Source: a virus (taxonomy: Duplodnaviria > Caudoviricetes). Taken from it: a stretch of 64,000 bases of DNA. Position numbers and translations under genes: made by a program. The DNA is taken from the IMG/VR virus record IMGVR_UViG_3300026085_000098, positions 9,707 through 73,706 of that record, one strand, 5' to 3'. Every line of letters begins with the position of its first letter. Within the stretch, counting starts at the first letter, position 1. This document shows positions 45,221 to 55,820 of this stretch, in pieces. The notes beneath the pieces are model-generated. The model had not been told where the DNA came from, did no database searches, and worked only from the letters and a program-made list of their open reading frames with translations.

Positions 45221-47203
45221 TTAACTATAGGCTCCAGCATCCAATCTTGTTACTGTTGCCCAACCTCCTGTTAGAGTAAATTGATTTGAATCAAAACTTG
45301 CAAGACCTAGATCACTTTGTGCGATCCCTGTTGAATTTGCTCTAGTACTTGCTGCGTTCATGTTCAGTTTGCTTTGTACAATTGCTGCACTTGCAGATAC
45401 TTTTGCGTTTGTTATAGCACTATCTTTTACTTGTAATTCATCACTACCGTTTATTTCAATAGTTGTATCGTCTACATTGACATCAAGTGTACTGCCTGTT
45501 TTGTCTAAACCAGCACCTGCTGTGATTTGTCCAGCACCTGAGAACTGTTCAAATGTAACATCGTCTGTACCTAGTGTAGGTGTACCGTTATGTGTTGCAA
45601 CAAAACCTGCATCAGCATGAACAGTACCTTGCTCTACGAAGAAGAATGTACCACCTGTCATTTCTGCTGCTGTATCTGCATCAGGTGCTCTTGTTAGAAC
45701 AAAAGCACTTACACCATCTACACCTACAGTGGTAACTTTATAGATACCGTTTTCTGTAGCATCACTTTGGTTTTTGACAAGCACTCTATCATTTTGTACA
45801 AGTGTAACACCGTCTAATGTAATTGCTCCGTTTGCATTGCCAGTTAAAGTTCCTGCTGAATTATTATATGTGGCAGTTAGGTTTGCTGTAGTTGCTGCTT
45901 TAACTGATTCTTTAACATCAAGTCCTTGAGCAACTTGGTCGACGTATTTTTTGTTAACAAGTGTATCATCGTCAAATCCTGTGCGACCTTCATAACCCGA
46001 CGGCACTTTTACAACACCTTCACCATTTGGTGAAAGATCTAAATTACCGTCTGTGTCGGTTGTTGTGATTGCATTACCGTCAACTGTGATATTATCAACA
46101 TCTAAACTTGTTAAACCGTTTATATCAGTAATAGTTGTGCCAAGTGCTGTTGCATCAGAACCAATTGTGATGCTATCATTTGCTAGTTTAGCATTCGTAA
46201 CATTAGCATCAGTAATTTTTGCTGTAGTCACTGCGTTTGATGCAAGTTTTGCTGTCGTGACTTGACTGTCTGCAATTTTAAGAGTTGTGATTGCGTTGGT
46301 TGCAATTTTAGCTGTTGTGACATTACCGTCGGCAATTTTACCTGTTGTGACGTTAGCATCGGCAATTTTTGTTGTAGTAACTGCACCAGTAGCAAGTTTG
46401 GCTTCGGTGACATTAGCATCAGTAATTTTTACAGTAGTTACTGCATCATCGGCAAGTTTTGATGTAGTAACATTAGCATCGGTAATTTTTGCTGTTGTGA
46501 CAGAGTTAGAAGCAAGTTTTGCATCTGTGACATTTGCGTCAACAATTTTAGCAGTAGTTACAGAATCATCTGCTAGTTTCGCAGTTGTAACATTTGCATC
46601 AGCAATGTTTGCTGTTTCAACTGCACCGGCAGCAAGTTTGGCTGCTGTCACAGCATCGTCTGTTATCTGTGCAGTATCAATGCTTGCGGCTGTAACTGCT
46701 ATAGTGCTAGTGCCCGCTGCATCGTCATATGTAATTGTAATTGATTGTCCTGCAACAACACTTCCGCCTGTAATATCTTCGATATATTCTTCTAGTGATG
46801 TGTTAGCATCTCCTACATAGATGTTTCCAATGACGGTTTTACCAGTTCCGTTTGGGGAGATTGTAATGTTACCATTTGTATCAGTTGAACTAAACGTGTT
46901 TCCGTCTAGTTTTAAATTATCAACATTCCATTCGCTAATCTTTTTGTTAGCGTCAAGCAATGCTGCTGCACTTGCTGTAGCAGTACCAAGTGTATGGTCC
47001 ATCAATCCAGTGTAGTATTCTCCGCCGATCTTAATTGGAGTGTTAGTATTAGTAGTTGGATCACCAATCATTAATCTGCCGCCGTTACCCCCGGCTGCAC
47101 TGTCTGTGTTGCTTGTATCGTAAATATATACAAATTCACCTTGGTCTAGTGTAGAAGGTAAGTTTGCAGTATTAGTACGTTTAATCTGTAAAACTGTTGC
47201 CAT
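45221..47203 (-). CDS. Tail fibre with decapeptide repeats
   Basis: LQIKRT..LPSTLDQGE N-terminus; about 16 copies of VTxAK[IL]xDxx; NKKYVDQVAQGLDVKESV. Confidence 0.75.
   Translation of the reverse strand: MATVLQIKRTNTANLPSTLDQGEFVYIYDTSNTDSAAGGNGGRLMIGDPTTNTNTPIKIGGEYYTGLMDHTLGTATASAAALLDANKKISEWNVDNLKLDGNTFSSTDTNGNITISPNGTGKTVIGNIYVGDANTSLEEYIEDITGGSVVAGQSITITYDDAAGTSTIAVTAASIDTAQITDDAVTAAKLAAGAVETANIADANVTTAKLADDSVTTAKIVDANVTDAKLASNSVTTAKITDANVTTSKLADDAVTTVKITDANVTEAKLATGAVTTTKIADANVTTGKIADGNVTTAKIATNAITTLKIADSQVTTAKLASNAVTTAKITDANVTNAKLANDSITIGSDATALGTTITDINGLTSLDVDNITVDGNAITTTDTDGNLDLSPNGEGVVKVPSGYEGRTGFDDDTLVNKKYVDQVAQGLDVKESVKAATTANLTATYNNSAGTLTGNANGAITLDGVTLVQNDRVLVKNQSDATENGIYKVTTVGVDGVSAFVLTRAPDADTAAEMTGGTFFFVEQGTVHADAGFVATHNGTPTLGTDDVTFEQFSGAGQITAGAGLDKTGSTLDVNVDDTTIEINGSDELQVKDSAITNAKVSASAAIVQSKLNMNAASTRANSTGIAQSDLGLASFDSNQFTLTGGWATVTRLDAGAYS
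46170..46680. repeat. 30-bp-period repeat encoding VTTAKIADAN-type decapeptides
   Basis: Seen in translation and as recurring gcatcagtaattttt / gcaagtttt in DNA. Confidence 0.9.
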
Positions 47204-47239
47204 TGTTTTTTCCTCTAAAGCTGATGCTAAACATATTTA

Positions 47240-47716
47240 TTAAAAAGATCCTCCGTTTAACCGTAAGGTTCCTGTTGTTGTGTCAATATTGTTAGTTGCT
47301 TGCCATTCAGTGCCGTTGTATTGCAATAAAGAGCCTGCATTTGGATTGTTTGCAGACACGTCATTTAAATCTGCAAGGTTTGATGCGCCTCCGCCACTAC
47401 TATTGCCTACTTGAAGTTCAGACCAATTTCCTGCATTGTTAGGCATTTCTCCTGTGGCTTGGTTTCGTGATTCTCCTGATAGTAGTTCGTAGGTATAATA
47501 TTTGCCGCCTGTAAAACCAGTATAGGAGTTTGCTACAAAAACAATCATTCCAGGTTGTAGTCTTTGTCGCGGAATATCCTGAAGCGTATCTCCTGTTACG
47601 CCTTCTACATATTGTAAGCCGCCCCTTAATTCGTTTGATAGAGCAATAGGATGATCACCATCCGGGCTCCAAGTCCCAGGCCATGTATTTCGTGTTAAAC
47701 CATCATAGTTTGCCAT
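47240..47716 (-). CDS. Tail fibre-associated protein
   Basis: LADLNDV, LLQYNGTEW, LNGGSF C-terminus. Confidence 0.6.
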   Translation of the reverse strand: MANYDGLTRNTWPGTWSPDGDHPIALSNELRGGLQYVEGVTGDTLQDIPRQRLQPGMIVFVANSYTGFTGGKYYTYELLSGESRNQATGEMPNNAGNWSELQVGNSSGGGASNLADLNDVSANNPNAGSLLQYNGTEWQATNNIDTTTGTLRLNGGSF

Positions 47717-50595
47717 TAACTAATCCTTACATATGTGTTGCCAGGCTGCAATACTATACCATACAAATTGTAGGTCACTGGACTATAATCTGATGGCGCA
47801 TTGTCTGGCGCTAAATTTAATGTTGCAGTTGTTTTACTAACTGAACTTAATAAACTGCTAGTTGCACCTGTTTCAAACGTAGATGGTTGAGTAGCAAAAG
47901 AACTTACACCAAACCAAAATACTTTGGGAACATTTGCACTATTGGTTATTGTTGTATTTATTGAGCGTCCGTGATGTGCTGTAGTGGTAACGTCACTATG
48001 AAAAACATTTCCGTCTACAACATCTGTTCTTGTAGGAACATCTGTAACACTGTCACTGAAATAATAAAAACTAGGATACTGCCACACTGTAGAAATTGTA
48101 GTTTGCGATGTATCAGTATCAGTTACTGTATAAGAAGTCCCTGTTACACCTTGTGGTCTTGTAAAGTCCACACTCAAAGCCAATGTTCTGCCGGTGTTGT
48201 TATCTTTATGCAAGGGTGTAGTAAAATTAAATGTCCCACTACCACTTGCATTTGTTACTGTACCACCTGTAGGCGTAACAGTTGCACTATAGTTCGAACT
48301 ATTTGCAATACCCGAAATATTGACATTATATCCTACAGAAGTTATAGTTGATAAGAAAAGTGTATTAGGTGCTGACTGCATTGATATTAATGCATTAGCG
48401 TTTGCCCAATTTGCTCTAGCAACAACAGGATTACTAAACGTAATCAAATCATCGTTAGCATCTACAAAGTTTACTGTAGCAGATGCACTCCCGCCCGAAA
48501 GTGTAGTAGAACTAGATCTAATAAATCCATCGGCTTGATTGGTAAAAGTTTGTGTCCAGTCTACACCGCCTGCTGGTGCCGGCGCAGGGGCCGTTGAAAA
48601 ATATGAACCAACATTAGCAGGATCACCATTAGCAAGAACAAATCCTACTTGATTAGATAGACTATAGACTTCGGCAACATAATTTGAAGTAAAATCATCC
48701 GGGTTATCAACTGTTACAGAAAACTGTGTTGCCACTTCATCCCACTGTAAATTTGTTTGTGATGCAGAACAGTTAGGAGTAAAAGATGCTATCTCTAATT
48801 CTAGTAAATCATTAGTGTTAATAAACACTTCACGTATTGTGTATTCAACACCATCTTCATTAAAAATTGTACCTACTCTAGAAGTGCCGCTGCCTGAAAA
48901 CTTTAATCCATTAGATGATGCACTCCCTCCGCCACCGGCTACATCACTAGAAATAATAGCACTAGGTGCCCATTCTGTGCCGTTCCATTTTAAATACATG
49001 CCTGAAGTTAACGTAACGCTAGTGTCGACATCATTTAGATCATTGATACTTAGAGTTTGACCTCCACCGCCCGAACCTGTTGCCAATGTAGCAAAAGAAA
49101 AGTTTCCTTGTCCATCTGTAGTAAGCACCTGTCCATTTGTACCATCTTCAATACCTAGTTGTGTAAGACGTTCAGGCAAATCTGCTTCTAGTCTAGTGAT
49201 TCTAACGTCTTGAGATGTTTGTGTAGTTGTGATTGTTCCAACAGTGGTTGTTAATCCTGCAATCGAATCAGCATTATCTTGTATTAAATCTGCTTGAGCC
49301 GAATGTTTGGTGTTAAGATCTGTTATTGCTGTATTTGCAGTTGCAATATTAGCAGTATTGGTCGCAGTCGTTGTTTTTAATACTGCTATGTCAGATGCGT
49401 TTGACTGTGCCAATCTATTTTCTAACGTTTCGATATCAGTTTCATTTGCACTTACCCTTATAGTAAGGGCCGAAAGGTCTGCTGTAAGTGTTGTTACATT
49501 ACCTTCAATGGTTGTGATATCTCCTTCAATGGTTGTGATATCTCCTTCAATGGTTAGAATATCGTTATTGATAGTAGTAATGTTGTTATTAATAGTAGTA
49601 ACATCGCCTTGCAGATTTGTAATATTTGTTTGGTTTGTTGTATTGTTTTCTACAAGAGTAGTTTGTGTGGCAGTTAGATTAGTTATATTACTCACGGCAG
49701 TGTTGAGTGTACTTGTCATGTTTGTAATATTAGTTGTGTTGTTACTAACCGCAGTATCTATTCTTGTAATGCTAGTTGAATTATCTTCAATAGTGTTTTC
49801 AGCAGCATCTATTCTAGTTGTGTGTTCTAAGGTAAGAGAATTTAAGGTAGTAATGCTTGAAGCATTACTTGCAATATTAGTTGTGTTGGTTGTAACAGAA
49901 CTGTTTAGATCAACTACATCCTCTTTTAATTGATCTATGTCGCCTTGAATTGTTTCTACATCTGATACTAAATCATTATTGTGTATCCAAAGACCATTTG
50001 TTGCACTATACATTAGAACTGCATTATTTGCAGCATCTCCTGATGTTACATTTGACAAGTCGCCTAATTGAGCAGGAACATCTCCTAGTTCATCAAACTT
50101 TCCATCAACATAAGAAGTTGTTGCATATTCTAATCCTAGATCAATGCCTGCTAAAACTGTTGACCAATCTATACTATCTAGATCTACAGTAGCTATAGGT
50201 TCTACTCTAGTACCGTCTGCATTACGCATTACTGTGCCAGCAGGTATCTCAAGACGTCCACTTGTATCTTCTTTTAGTGTAAGGTTGCCTAGATAGATTG
50301 TTGTACCAGACAAATATAAATCACGCCATTTTTTTGTAGAGTGTCCTAGATCTTGCTCGCCTGATACTGCTGGTCGTAAATGATGATTAGCATTAAGTGT
50401 TAGAATATTTCCAGAGTATGTAAATGGTAAACTAGCATCACCAATTACAACACCACCAGGTGTCACACCGTCACTAATACGGAGTGCTCCTAATTCATCT
50501 TTTCCGAAAAATATATCGCCAGGATCGCCAACAAAACTTGTTTTATCGGCCATCGGTCGGTAACCAAACCCTAGTCTATAAATGCCCCCGGCCAA
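47716..50595 (-). CDS. Long tail fibre with N/T-rich trimeric coiled coil
   Basis: LRISDGVTPGG N-terminus; DITTIEG heptads (21-bp repeats at 49502-49560); DGTNGQVLTTDG; C-terminal Ig-like region. Confidence 0.75.
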   Translation of the reverse strand: MAGGIYRLGFGYRPMADKTSFVGDPGDIFFGKDELGALRISDGVTPGGVVIGDASLPFTYSGNILTLNANHHLRPAVSGEQDLGHSTKKWRDLYLSGTTIYLGNLTLKEDTSGRLEIPAGTVMRNADGTRVEPIATVDLDSIDWSTVLAGIDLGLEYATTSYVDGKFDELGDVPAQLGDLSNVTSGDAANNAVLMYSATNGLWIHNNDLVSDVETIQGDIDQLKEDVVDLNSSVTTNTTNIASNASSITTLNSLTLEHTTRIDAAENTIEDNSTSITRIDTAVSNNTTNITNMTSTLNTAVSNITNLTATQTTLVENNTTNQTNITNLQGDVTTINNNITTINNDILTIEGDITTIEGDITTIEGNVTTLTADLSALTIRVSANETDIETLENRLAQSNASDIAVLKTTTATNTANIATANTAITDLNTKHSAQADLIQDNADSIAGLTTTVGTITTTQTSQDVRITRLEADLPERLTQLGIEDGTNGQVLTTDGQGNFSFATLATGSGGGGQTLSINDLNDVDTSVTLTSGMYLKWNGTEWAPSAIISSDVAGGGGSASSNGLKFSGSGTSRVGTIFNEDGVEYTIREVFINTNDLLELEIASFTPNCSASQTNLQWDEVATQFSVTVDNPDDFTSNYVAEVYSLSNQVGFVLANGDPANVGSYFSTAPAPAPAGGVDWTQTFTNQADGFIRSSSTTLSGGSASATVNFVDANDDLITFSNPVVARANWANANALISMQSAPNTLFLSTITSVGYNVNISGIANSSNYSATVTPTGGTVTNASGSGTFNFTTPLHKDNNTGRTLALSVDFTRPQGVTGTSYTVTDTDTSQTTISTVWQYPSFYYFSDSVTDVPTRTDVVDGNVFHSDVTTTAHHGRSINTTITNSANVPKVFWFGVSSFATQPSTFETGATSSLLSSVSKTTATLNLAPDNAPSDYSPVTYNLYGIVLQPGNTYVRIS

Positions 50596-50606
50596 TGCTC
50601 AACCCC

Positions 50607-50837
50607 CTATGCTATTTCATCCTCTTCTGGCTCGTCAGTTAGTTGAGATATTGCAACAGACTTTTTGCCCTGTTCTGCTTTAGCAAGTTCTAGTTCTTGC
50701 TGTTGCGGGGGGATCATTGCATCTGGCTTCTCGCCTGCGTCTGGCTCGTCAGTTAATGGCATATCAATCTCAGGATCTCCGTCACCGTTGATCTTGATGT
50801 TAATAGGCACATTAATTGTAAATTCTCTTGCTCGCAT
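50607..50837 (-). CDS. Small acidic putative internal virion protein
   Basis: Likely start MRAREF at 50837; PPQQQELEL.K. Confidence 0.6.
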   Translation of the reverse strand: MRAREFTINVPINIKINGDGDPEIDMPLTDEPDAGEKPDAMIPPQQQELELAKAEQGKKSVAISQLTDEPEEDEIA

Positions 50838-50841
50838 TAGG

Positions 50842-51000
50842 TTATTCTTCTTTTGCTGCTTCTTTTTTAGCAAGTTCTTCTGCTTCGTCCCAAACTGTAC
50901 TGCCTCCGTCGGCTCCTTCAGGTTGAAGTTGACCAAGTTCTTCTGCAAGTGCTTTTGTTTGTGCTTTGTTATCCCACACTACATGTTTTTCCCAAGCCAT
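50842..51000 (-). CDS. 52-aa hypothetical protein
   Basis: Hand-translated MAWEKHVVWDNKAQTKALAEELGQLQPEGADGGSTVWDEAEELAKKEAAKEE; SD AGGAGA; late promoter at 51023-51030. Not in ORF track. Confidence 0.7.
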   Translation of the reverse strand: MAWEKHVVWDNKAQTKALAEELGQLQPEGADGGSTVWDEAEELAKKEAAKEE

Positions 51001-51158
51001 TTGATATCTCCTATTATGTTATTATTTATTATAATTTAAGGACTTCTAAAATTAAGATGAGTTTGATTATCCATTTCGTGCAGTATGCCTTCAGCAAACA
51101 CACCCATTTCGTGTGTGCCCGACACAGGAGTTAACTGCATTTGGATGTCAAAGGTTGA

Positions 51159-52757
51159 TTACAGTTCAATCCAGTTTAGGCTGGCACGAACACTACCAAT
51201 ATTTTGTCCGCTGAGTATGCCTATGCTGAGGAAGTCTCCTGGAGGAATGCTCAAGTCTAGATTGGTTAAATCCCATGTGATATTGCCGTTGATGGGCAAG
51301 GTGAACACTCCCAATGGTTTGTGATTGGCAATGGTTATGTCTCCGGACACAATGTCTCTGCTCACGCTACTGTGTGTGCCTACTGAAGTCCATTCGCTAG
51401 TGCCTGTGTGAGTACCGTTTAGGAACAGATACACCACCGCAGGGTCATTGCCCTGGAACGCTATGCTCATTGACTTTAACTTCATCAGTCGTAGATTGAT
51501 CTTGTCCTTGTAGATCCGTTTGTTTTTGAAACTCACAATATGGTGTGCTGTGGTTGTGGTATGACCTAACGAAGACTTTTCATTGCTGGGATAGCCAACA
51601 CTAAAAGTATTGTCCTTGGCTATACCTTCCAGTGCTATCATCATACTAGCACCTGAACAGTGAGCATCTGTAACAGTACTGCCTGTGAGGTTAGCCGCCA
51701 CATAACCAATCTTGAAACAGGGGTTGTCTGTGTGAACATCTGTGACACGACCGGAGAAGTGACTGTGATGTACAAATATCATATCGCCTGTGAGGGGATT
51801 TTCAACGGCCCAACGTATCTCACCTGCTCCCAACCAACGGAAGTTGATCTGAAACACATTCAGTTTGGTAAAGTCAAGTGTGACTCCGCTTGGACCTGTG
51901 CCGTCCATCTTGTCCACGTCCCAATCTTCTTGGTAGGTCCATGTTTCTGTTTGTGCCACGCCTGCTTGTGCTGTTGCTATTGTATAAGTGCCTGTGCCTG
52001 TGGCTGTGAACGCACCTGCTTTAGCACCAAGGCTGGTGGATAGGAAACGCACTTCGTTGCCCAACTGTTCTGTGATCCAACCTGTGAATGTTGCCGCGGC
52101 TATGGTTGCCGCCACTGTTGTGGTGTTGGTTGAACTGATAGCAACCACTGTGGCTACACCGTTGAGTGTGATTGTAACATTGCCTGTGCCGCCTGCTGTG
52201 ACTGTTAGCGTTTCAATGTGTGCTTTACCACCGTTGGCAATCATTACACCAAACTTGCCTGTGGCCGAATCACGGCCAAACTGCATTGCCTGTTCCTGTG
52301 CGAACAAGCCTGCTCTCAGTGTAACGCCTGGGTTCACTCCTTCGCTGACGCCTTCAAACATTGCTGTGAATCTTGCCATCATACCCTGTCCAGGACGATA
52401 ACGAGCAACACGATTGCTTCTTACCACACCGTAACCATAAGCACCCGTGCCCGTGTGTGTTTTCATCAATGTGCCTGTGCTTTCAATAAAACCTGTGCCA
52501 AAGTTAAATGTTTCAAACTCGTAAGGATCGTCTATGCCATACAAGCCGTCCAACTGTATGATAGGAGTGACGGGTACTGCGATGTTTTCACCAAACGCAC
52601 TGTATGCCGCGGCATTACCACCGTGGGCAATATTAGTAATACCTACACGTAGAGTGGGTTGCCCATTGCTGTTGTAGTCTAGAGCGTGAATTAGATCATT
52701 GGTGTTAGGCTCAAATGTATGAGTATAGTTCGTGCTGTTTGGATTTAGATTTGGCAC
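51159..52757 (-). CDS. Virion structural protein paralogous to the C-terminal domain of the 2263-aa protein
   Basis: RYRPGQG vs RYQSGKG; LDFTKLNVFQINFRWLGAGEIRW vs LDITKIQMAYMDYSWYGAGKIRF. Confidence 0.7.
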   Translation of the reverse strand: MPNLNPNSTNYTHTFEPNTNDLIHALDYNSNGQPTLRVGITNIAHGGNAAAYSAFGENIAVPVTPIIQLDGLYGIDDPYEFETFNFGTGFIESTGTLMKTHTGTGAYGYGVVRSNRVARYRPGQGMMARFTAMFEGVSEGVNPGVTLRAGLFAQEQAMQFGRDSATGKFGVMIANGGKAHIETLTVTAGGTGNVTITLNGVATVVAISSTNTTTVAATIAAATFTGWITEQLGNEVRFLSTSLGAKAGAFTATGTGTYTIATAQAGVAQTETWTYQEDWDVDKMDGTGPSGVTLDFTKLNVFQINFRWLGAGEIRWAVENPLTGDMIFVHHSHFSGRVTDVHTDNPCFKIGYVAANLTGSTVTDAHCSGASMMIALEGIAKDNTFSVGYPSNEKSSLGHTTTTAHHIVSFKNKRIYKDKINLRLMKLKSMSIAFQGNDPAVVYLFLNGTHTGTSEWTSVGTHSSVSRDIVSGDITIANHKPLGVFTLPINGNITWDLTNLDLSIPPGDFLSIGILSGQNIGSVRASLNWIEL

Positions 52758-52760
52758 AGA

Positions 52761-53786
52761 TTATAGCCCCCATTTGTTTGATAGATAGTTTTCCACGTTA
52801 GAATATTCTGTACTAGTAAGAACTCTATTGAATATAATAACTTCTGCAACATAGCCACTGAGTCCACCTGTTTGCGCATCATTGTCTCCAATGTAGAATG
52901 TGCCAGCGGCTCCTGTGGTTGCTGGAACACTACCTGAACTTGCTGCTGTGCCTGCTGTGGTTTTGTCCAGTCTATAAGTTAAACTTGTGCTACCGCCATC
53001 ATATATCAATGTGTGTTGATGCCAAGTGTCTGCACTAACGGTTGCATCTGTGGTTCTTGTGTATCCGCCACTCATTGTAAGTTTCATTGTGCCACCATCA
53101 CTGAACATACCAAAGTCTGCTGTGTCAGTGTCAGTCATATATTCTGTGCCTGTTGCTGTAAGAACGTTGCTTACAACAAAGATTGTAAATCCTGTTGCAC
53201 CGTTCAATTGAGTAAACGGATTAACATTCAAGTTGTCATTGCCATCAAATTCAATATAACCATATCCGTTTTGTAGTGTTGTGTTTTCATATGTAGGTTT
53301 AGCACTGCCGCCGTTAGGATTAGCATTGTGAGCAAAGTTAGATTTGTCTGTCCATTGTGTGATCTGTCCTTCGTCTGTAGCACTCGGAACATATGTTGTT
53401 GTGTCAGCACCATCGTACCAAATCTGTAGGTCAGCAAGTGAATCACCGCCAACTGATTCCTGAATACTTTCTGGTGCAGCAATAGCACCTACTGCAATCC
53501 ACGGACGTTTTTGCAGCAATCCATCAGGGTTTGGATTGTCATCTGCTCCTGGAACGTTGCCATTGTATATGTCCGGCAATGAACTTATATCGTATGTGTT
53601 GTTTGAACGATAATAGTTTACTGTATCATTGTCAGTGCCATCGTCACTCCATGTGCCGTATACACCTACAACACCACCCGGATCGTCCGTGATAACTCTG
53701 CCTTTGCGTTTGGCTTGAGCATATTCTAATTTAGCAACCTGTCTTTCTTGTTTAGTTGCGAGTGTTGATATACCGTTCGCTGCCAT
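52761..53786 (-). CDS. Structural protein with LamG/concanavalin-like C-terminal domain
   Basis: LQIWYDG, QWTDKS, IEFDGND, FTIFVV, WHQHTLIY, FYIG, GYVAEVIIFNRVL, NYLSNKWG. Confidence 0.75.
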   Translation of the reverse strand: MAANGISTLATKQERQVAKLEYAQAKRKGRVITDDPGGVVGVYGTWSDDGTDNDTVNYYRSNNTYDISSLPDIYNGNVPGADDNPNPDGLLQKRPWIAVGAIAAPESIQESVGGDSLADLQIWYDGADTTTYVPSATDEGQITQWTDKSNFAHNANPNGGSAKPTYENTTLQNGYGYIEFDGNDNLNVNPFTQLNGATGFTIFVVSNVLTATGTEYMTDTDTADFGMFSDGGTMKLTMSGGYTRTTDATVSADTWHQHTLIYDGGSTSLTYRLDKTTAGTAASSGSVPATTGAAGTFYIGDNDAQTGGLSGYVAEVIIFNRVLTSTEYSNVENYLSNKWGL

Positions 53787-54031
53787 TATTCGTATCCTCT
53801 CGGGTCTTTTACTCTAATATCTGCAGGATGCTTAGGCTTATTAGGGCCGCCGCCAGCTAATGATGTTATTCTATCTACATTGGCGACAATTTCATTAGGA
53901 GTATTACTATACATTCCTTGTGAAGGATTGTCAATCATATCTTGAACCATGTGCTTACCGTCTTCTTGGTCCATCTTTTCTTGGGCATCAATATAATCAA
54001 TTAGGCCACGTAATATATCTTGAATTCGCAT
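53786..54031 (-). CDS. Small putative internal virion protein
   Basis: MRIQDIL; GGPNKPKHPADIR; SD AGGAG; late promoter at 54049-54056. Confidence 0.65.
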   Translation of the reverse strand: MRIQDILRGLIDYIDAQEKMDQEDGKHMVQDMIDNPSQGMYSNTPNEIVANVDRITSLAGGGPNKPKHPADIRVKDPRGYE

Positions 54032-54066
54032 TTATAACTCCTATACACTATTTAGTTAAATACGGT

Positions 54067-54264
54067 ATGTTCAAACTTATAAAAAAATGGTTGCATGAAT
54101 ATAACAAATATCAAAAAGACATGAGAGACATGGGATATTTTTATCATATACACGGGTGGGGCGTATACTCACACTTTGATAGAGAAACCTATGAAGCATG
54201 GCTAAGTAAAATGCATGATAGACACAAAACCATTCAAACAACTTCTAAGCACACTAAAGAGTGA
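54067..54264 (+). CDS. Hypothetical protein
   Basis: Likely start MFKL at 54067, 4 nt after GTTAAATA. Confidence 0.55.
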   Translation: MFKLIKKWLHEYNKYQKDMRDMGYFYHIHGWGVYSHFDRETYEAWLSKMHDRHKTIQTTSKHTKE

Positions 54265-55414
54265 AGGAAAATACAGAGTTTTCAACGACATTGTTAGAGA
54301 ACGAGGAGATTTTCCTAAGTCTATCTGGTATGGCCCTTACAGTATAAAAAATATTATAAACTGGTGTTCCAACGATTACCTCGGTATGGGCCAACACAAA
54401 GTTGTGATAGATGCAATGCACACAGCATTGGACCAGACAGGTGCTGGCTCAGGTGGTACTCGCAACATAGGCGGTACATCTCACTATCACGTCGCACTAG
54501 AACATGAACTTGCCCGTTTGCATAGCAAACCCCAGGCTCTATTGTTTTCTAGTGCTTATGTCGCAAATGAATGGAGTCTAATCTCCCTAAGCAAGATCGT
54601 TCCCAACATTGTGTTTTTGAGTGACTCAAAGAATCACGCAAGCCTCATACAGGGTATCCGACACAGTGGTGCGCCTAAATCAATTTGGACCCACAACGAT
54701 ATGGACGAGTTAGAATCTCAACTGGCGAAAATTTCCACGCTGAACCAAACACCTTGTATAGTGTTCGAATCCGTGTATAGCATGGACGGTGACGTATCGC
54801 CTGTTGAGACTATTTGCGATCTAGCAGACAAGTACGGTGCTATTACCTACATTGATGAAGTCCATGCGGTAGGATTGTATGGAGAGCATGGAGCAGGTTA
54901 TCTAGAACTATTAGGTATTCAAGATAGGGTAGACATCGTAAATGGAACACTTGGAAAAGCATTTGGCGTTACAGGCGGGTACATAGCGGCTGATTCATTA
55001 GTCATCGATGCAATTAGATCAGTGGCAAGCGGGTTTATCTTTACCACTTCGCTAAGTCCTGTCCTTTGTGCTGGTGCGTTGGCCAGTATCAAATATCTAT
55101 CGGACCACAACGAACTTCGTCTTCGGCATCAGGCTCAGGCAAACAAATTGAAACAAGAATTTGCTAAGGTCGGAGTAGAAGTACACGATAAAGCCTGTAC
55201 TCACATCGTACCTGTAATGGTTAGAGATGCTTTAAAATGTAAAGGTTTGAGTGATAGGTTGTTAGATGACTATGGAATATATGTACAACCTATCAACTAC
55301 CCAACTGTTGCTGTAGGAGAAGAGCGTCTTCGCTTTGCTCCTACACCTTTACATAACGATTCAATGATATTAGACTGTGTAGATGCAGTCAGAAAGGTTA
55401 TAGATGAATATTAA
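54215..55414 (+). CDS. hemA: 5-aminolevulinate synthase (PLP-dependent, Shemin C4 pathway)
   Basis: [56 protein letters not shown] (PLP Lys), [23 protein letters not shown]. Confidence 0.96.
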   Translation: MIDTKPFKQLLSTLKSEGKYRVFNDIVRERGDFPKSIWYGPYSIKNIINWCSNDYLGMGQHKVVIDAMHTALDQTGAGSGGTRNIGGTSHYHVALEHELARLHSKPQALLFSSAYVANEWSLISLSKIVPNIVFLSDSKNHASLIQGIRHSGAPKSIWTHNDMDELESQLAKISTLNQTPCIVFESVYSMDGDVSPVETICDLADKYGAITYIDEVHAVGLYGEHGAGYLELLGIQDRVDIVNGTLGKAFGVTGGYIAADSLVIDAIRSVASGFIFTTSLSPVLCAGALASIKYLSDHNELRLRHQAQANKLKQEFAKVGVEVHDKACTHIVPVMVRDALKCKGLSDRLLDDYGIYVQPINYPTVAVGEERLRFAPTPLHNDSMILDCVDAVRKVIDEY

Positions 55415-55820
55415 AAAGATGTTTTGGGCTGGTGCCGGCTTTACATTACTAGGGATTGCATATTTAGGAGTAATACTTCCGGGTCTACCCTGGAGTATCT
55501 TTGTAGTTATGTCGGCCTACTGTTTTGCAAAGTCTAGCGATCGTATGCACAATTGGCTTTACAGCCATAAGTTGTTCGGTCCGTTTTTAACAAACTGGGC
55601 AACAAAGAAAGTGTTTCCTCTTAAACTAAAATATTTTATGATTGCTACTATGGCAACCACAGTTGCGTTCACTTATTTTGCAACTGGCAATGAAAAAGCT
55701 GCACTATGGACAGGAGGTTTTATGATCCTTGTTGCTGTTTACTGTTGGAGATATCCTAGCACTACAGAAGAATACGACAGACGAAAGGCTGCTGGTGAAA
55801 AGATTGCGTGGTTCAAATGA
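55404..55820 (+). CDS. ybaN: YbaN/DUF454 inner membrane protein
   Basis: [32 protein letters not shown]. Confidence 0.9.
   Translation: MNIKKMFWAGAGFTLLGIAYLGVILPGLPWSIFVVMSAYCFAKSSDRMHNWLYSHKLFGPFLTNWATKKVFPLKLKYFMIATMATTVAFTYFATGNEKAALWTGGFMILVAVYCWRYPSTTEEYDRRKAAGEKIAWFK

Noticed and set aside
54215-55414. BioF or glycine C-acetyltransferase instead of HemA
   Set aside because: ALAS-type motifs [27 protein letters not shown] and QPINYPTV are present.
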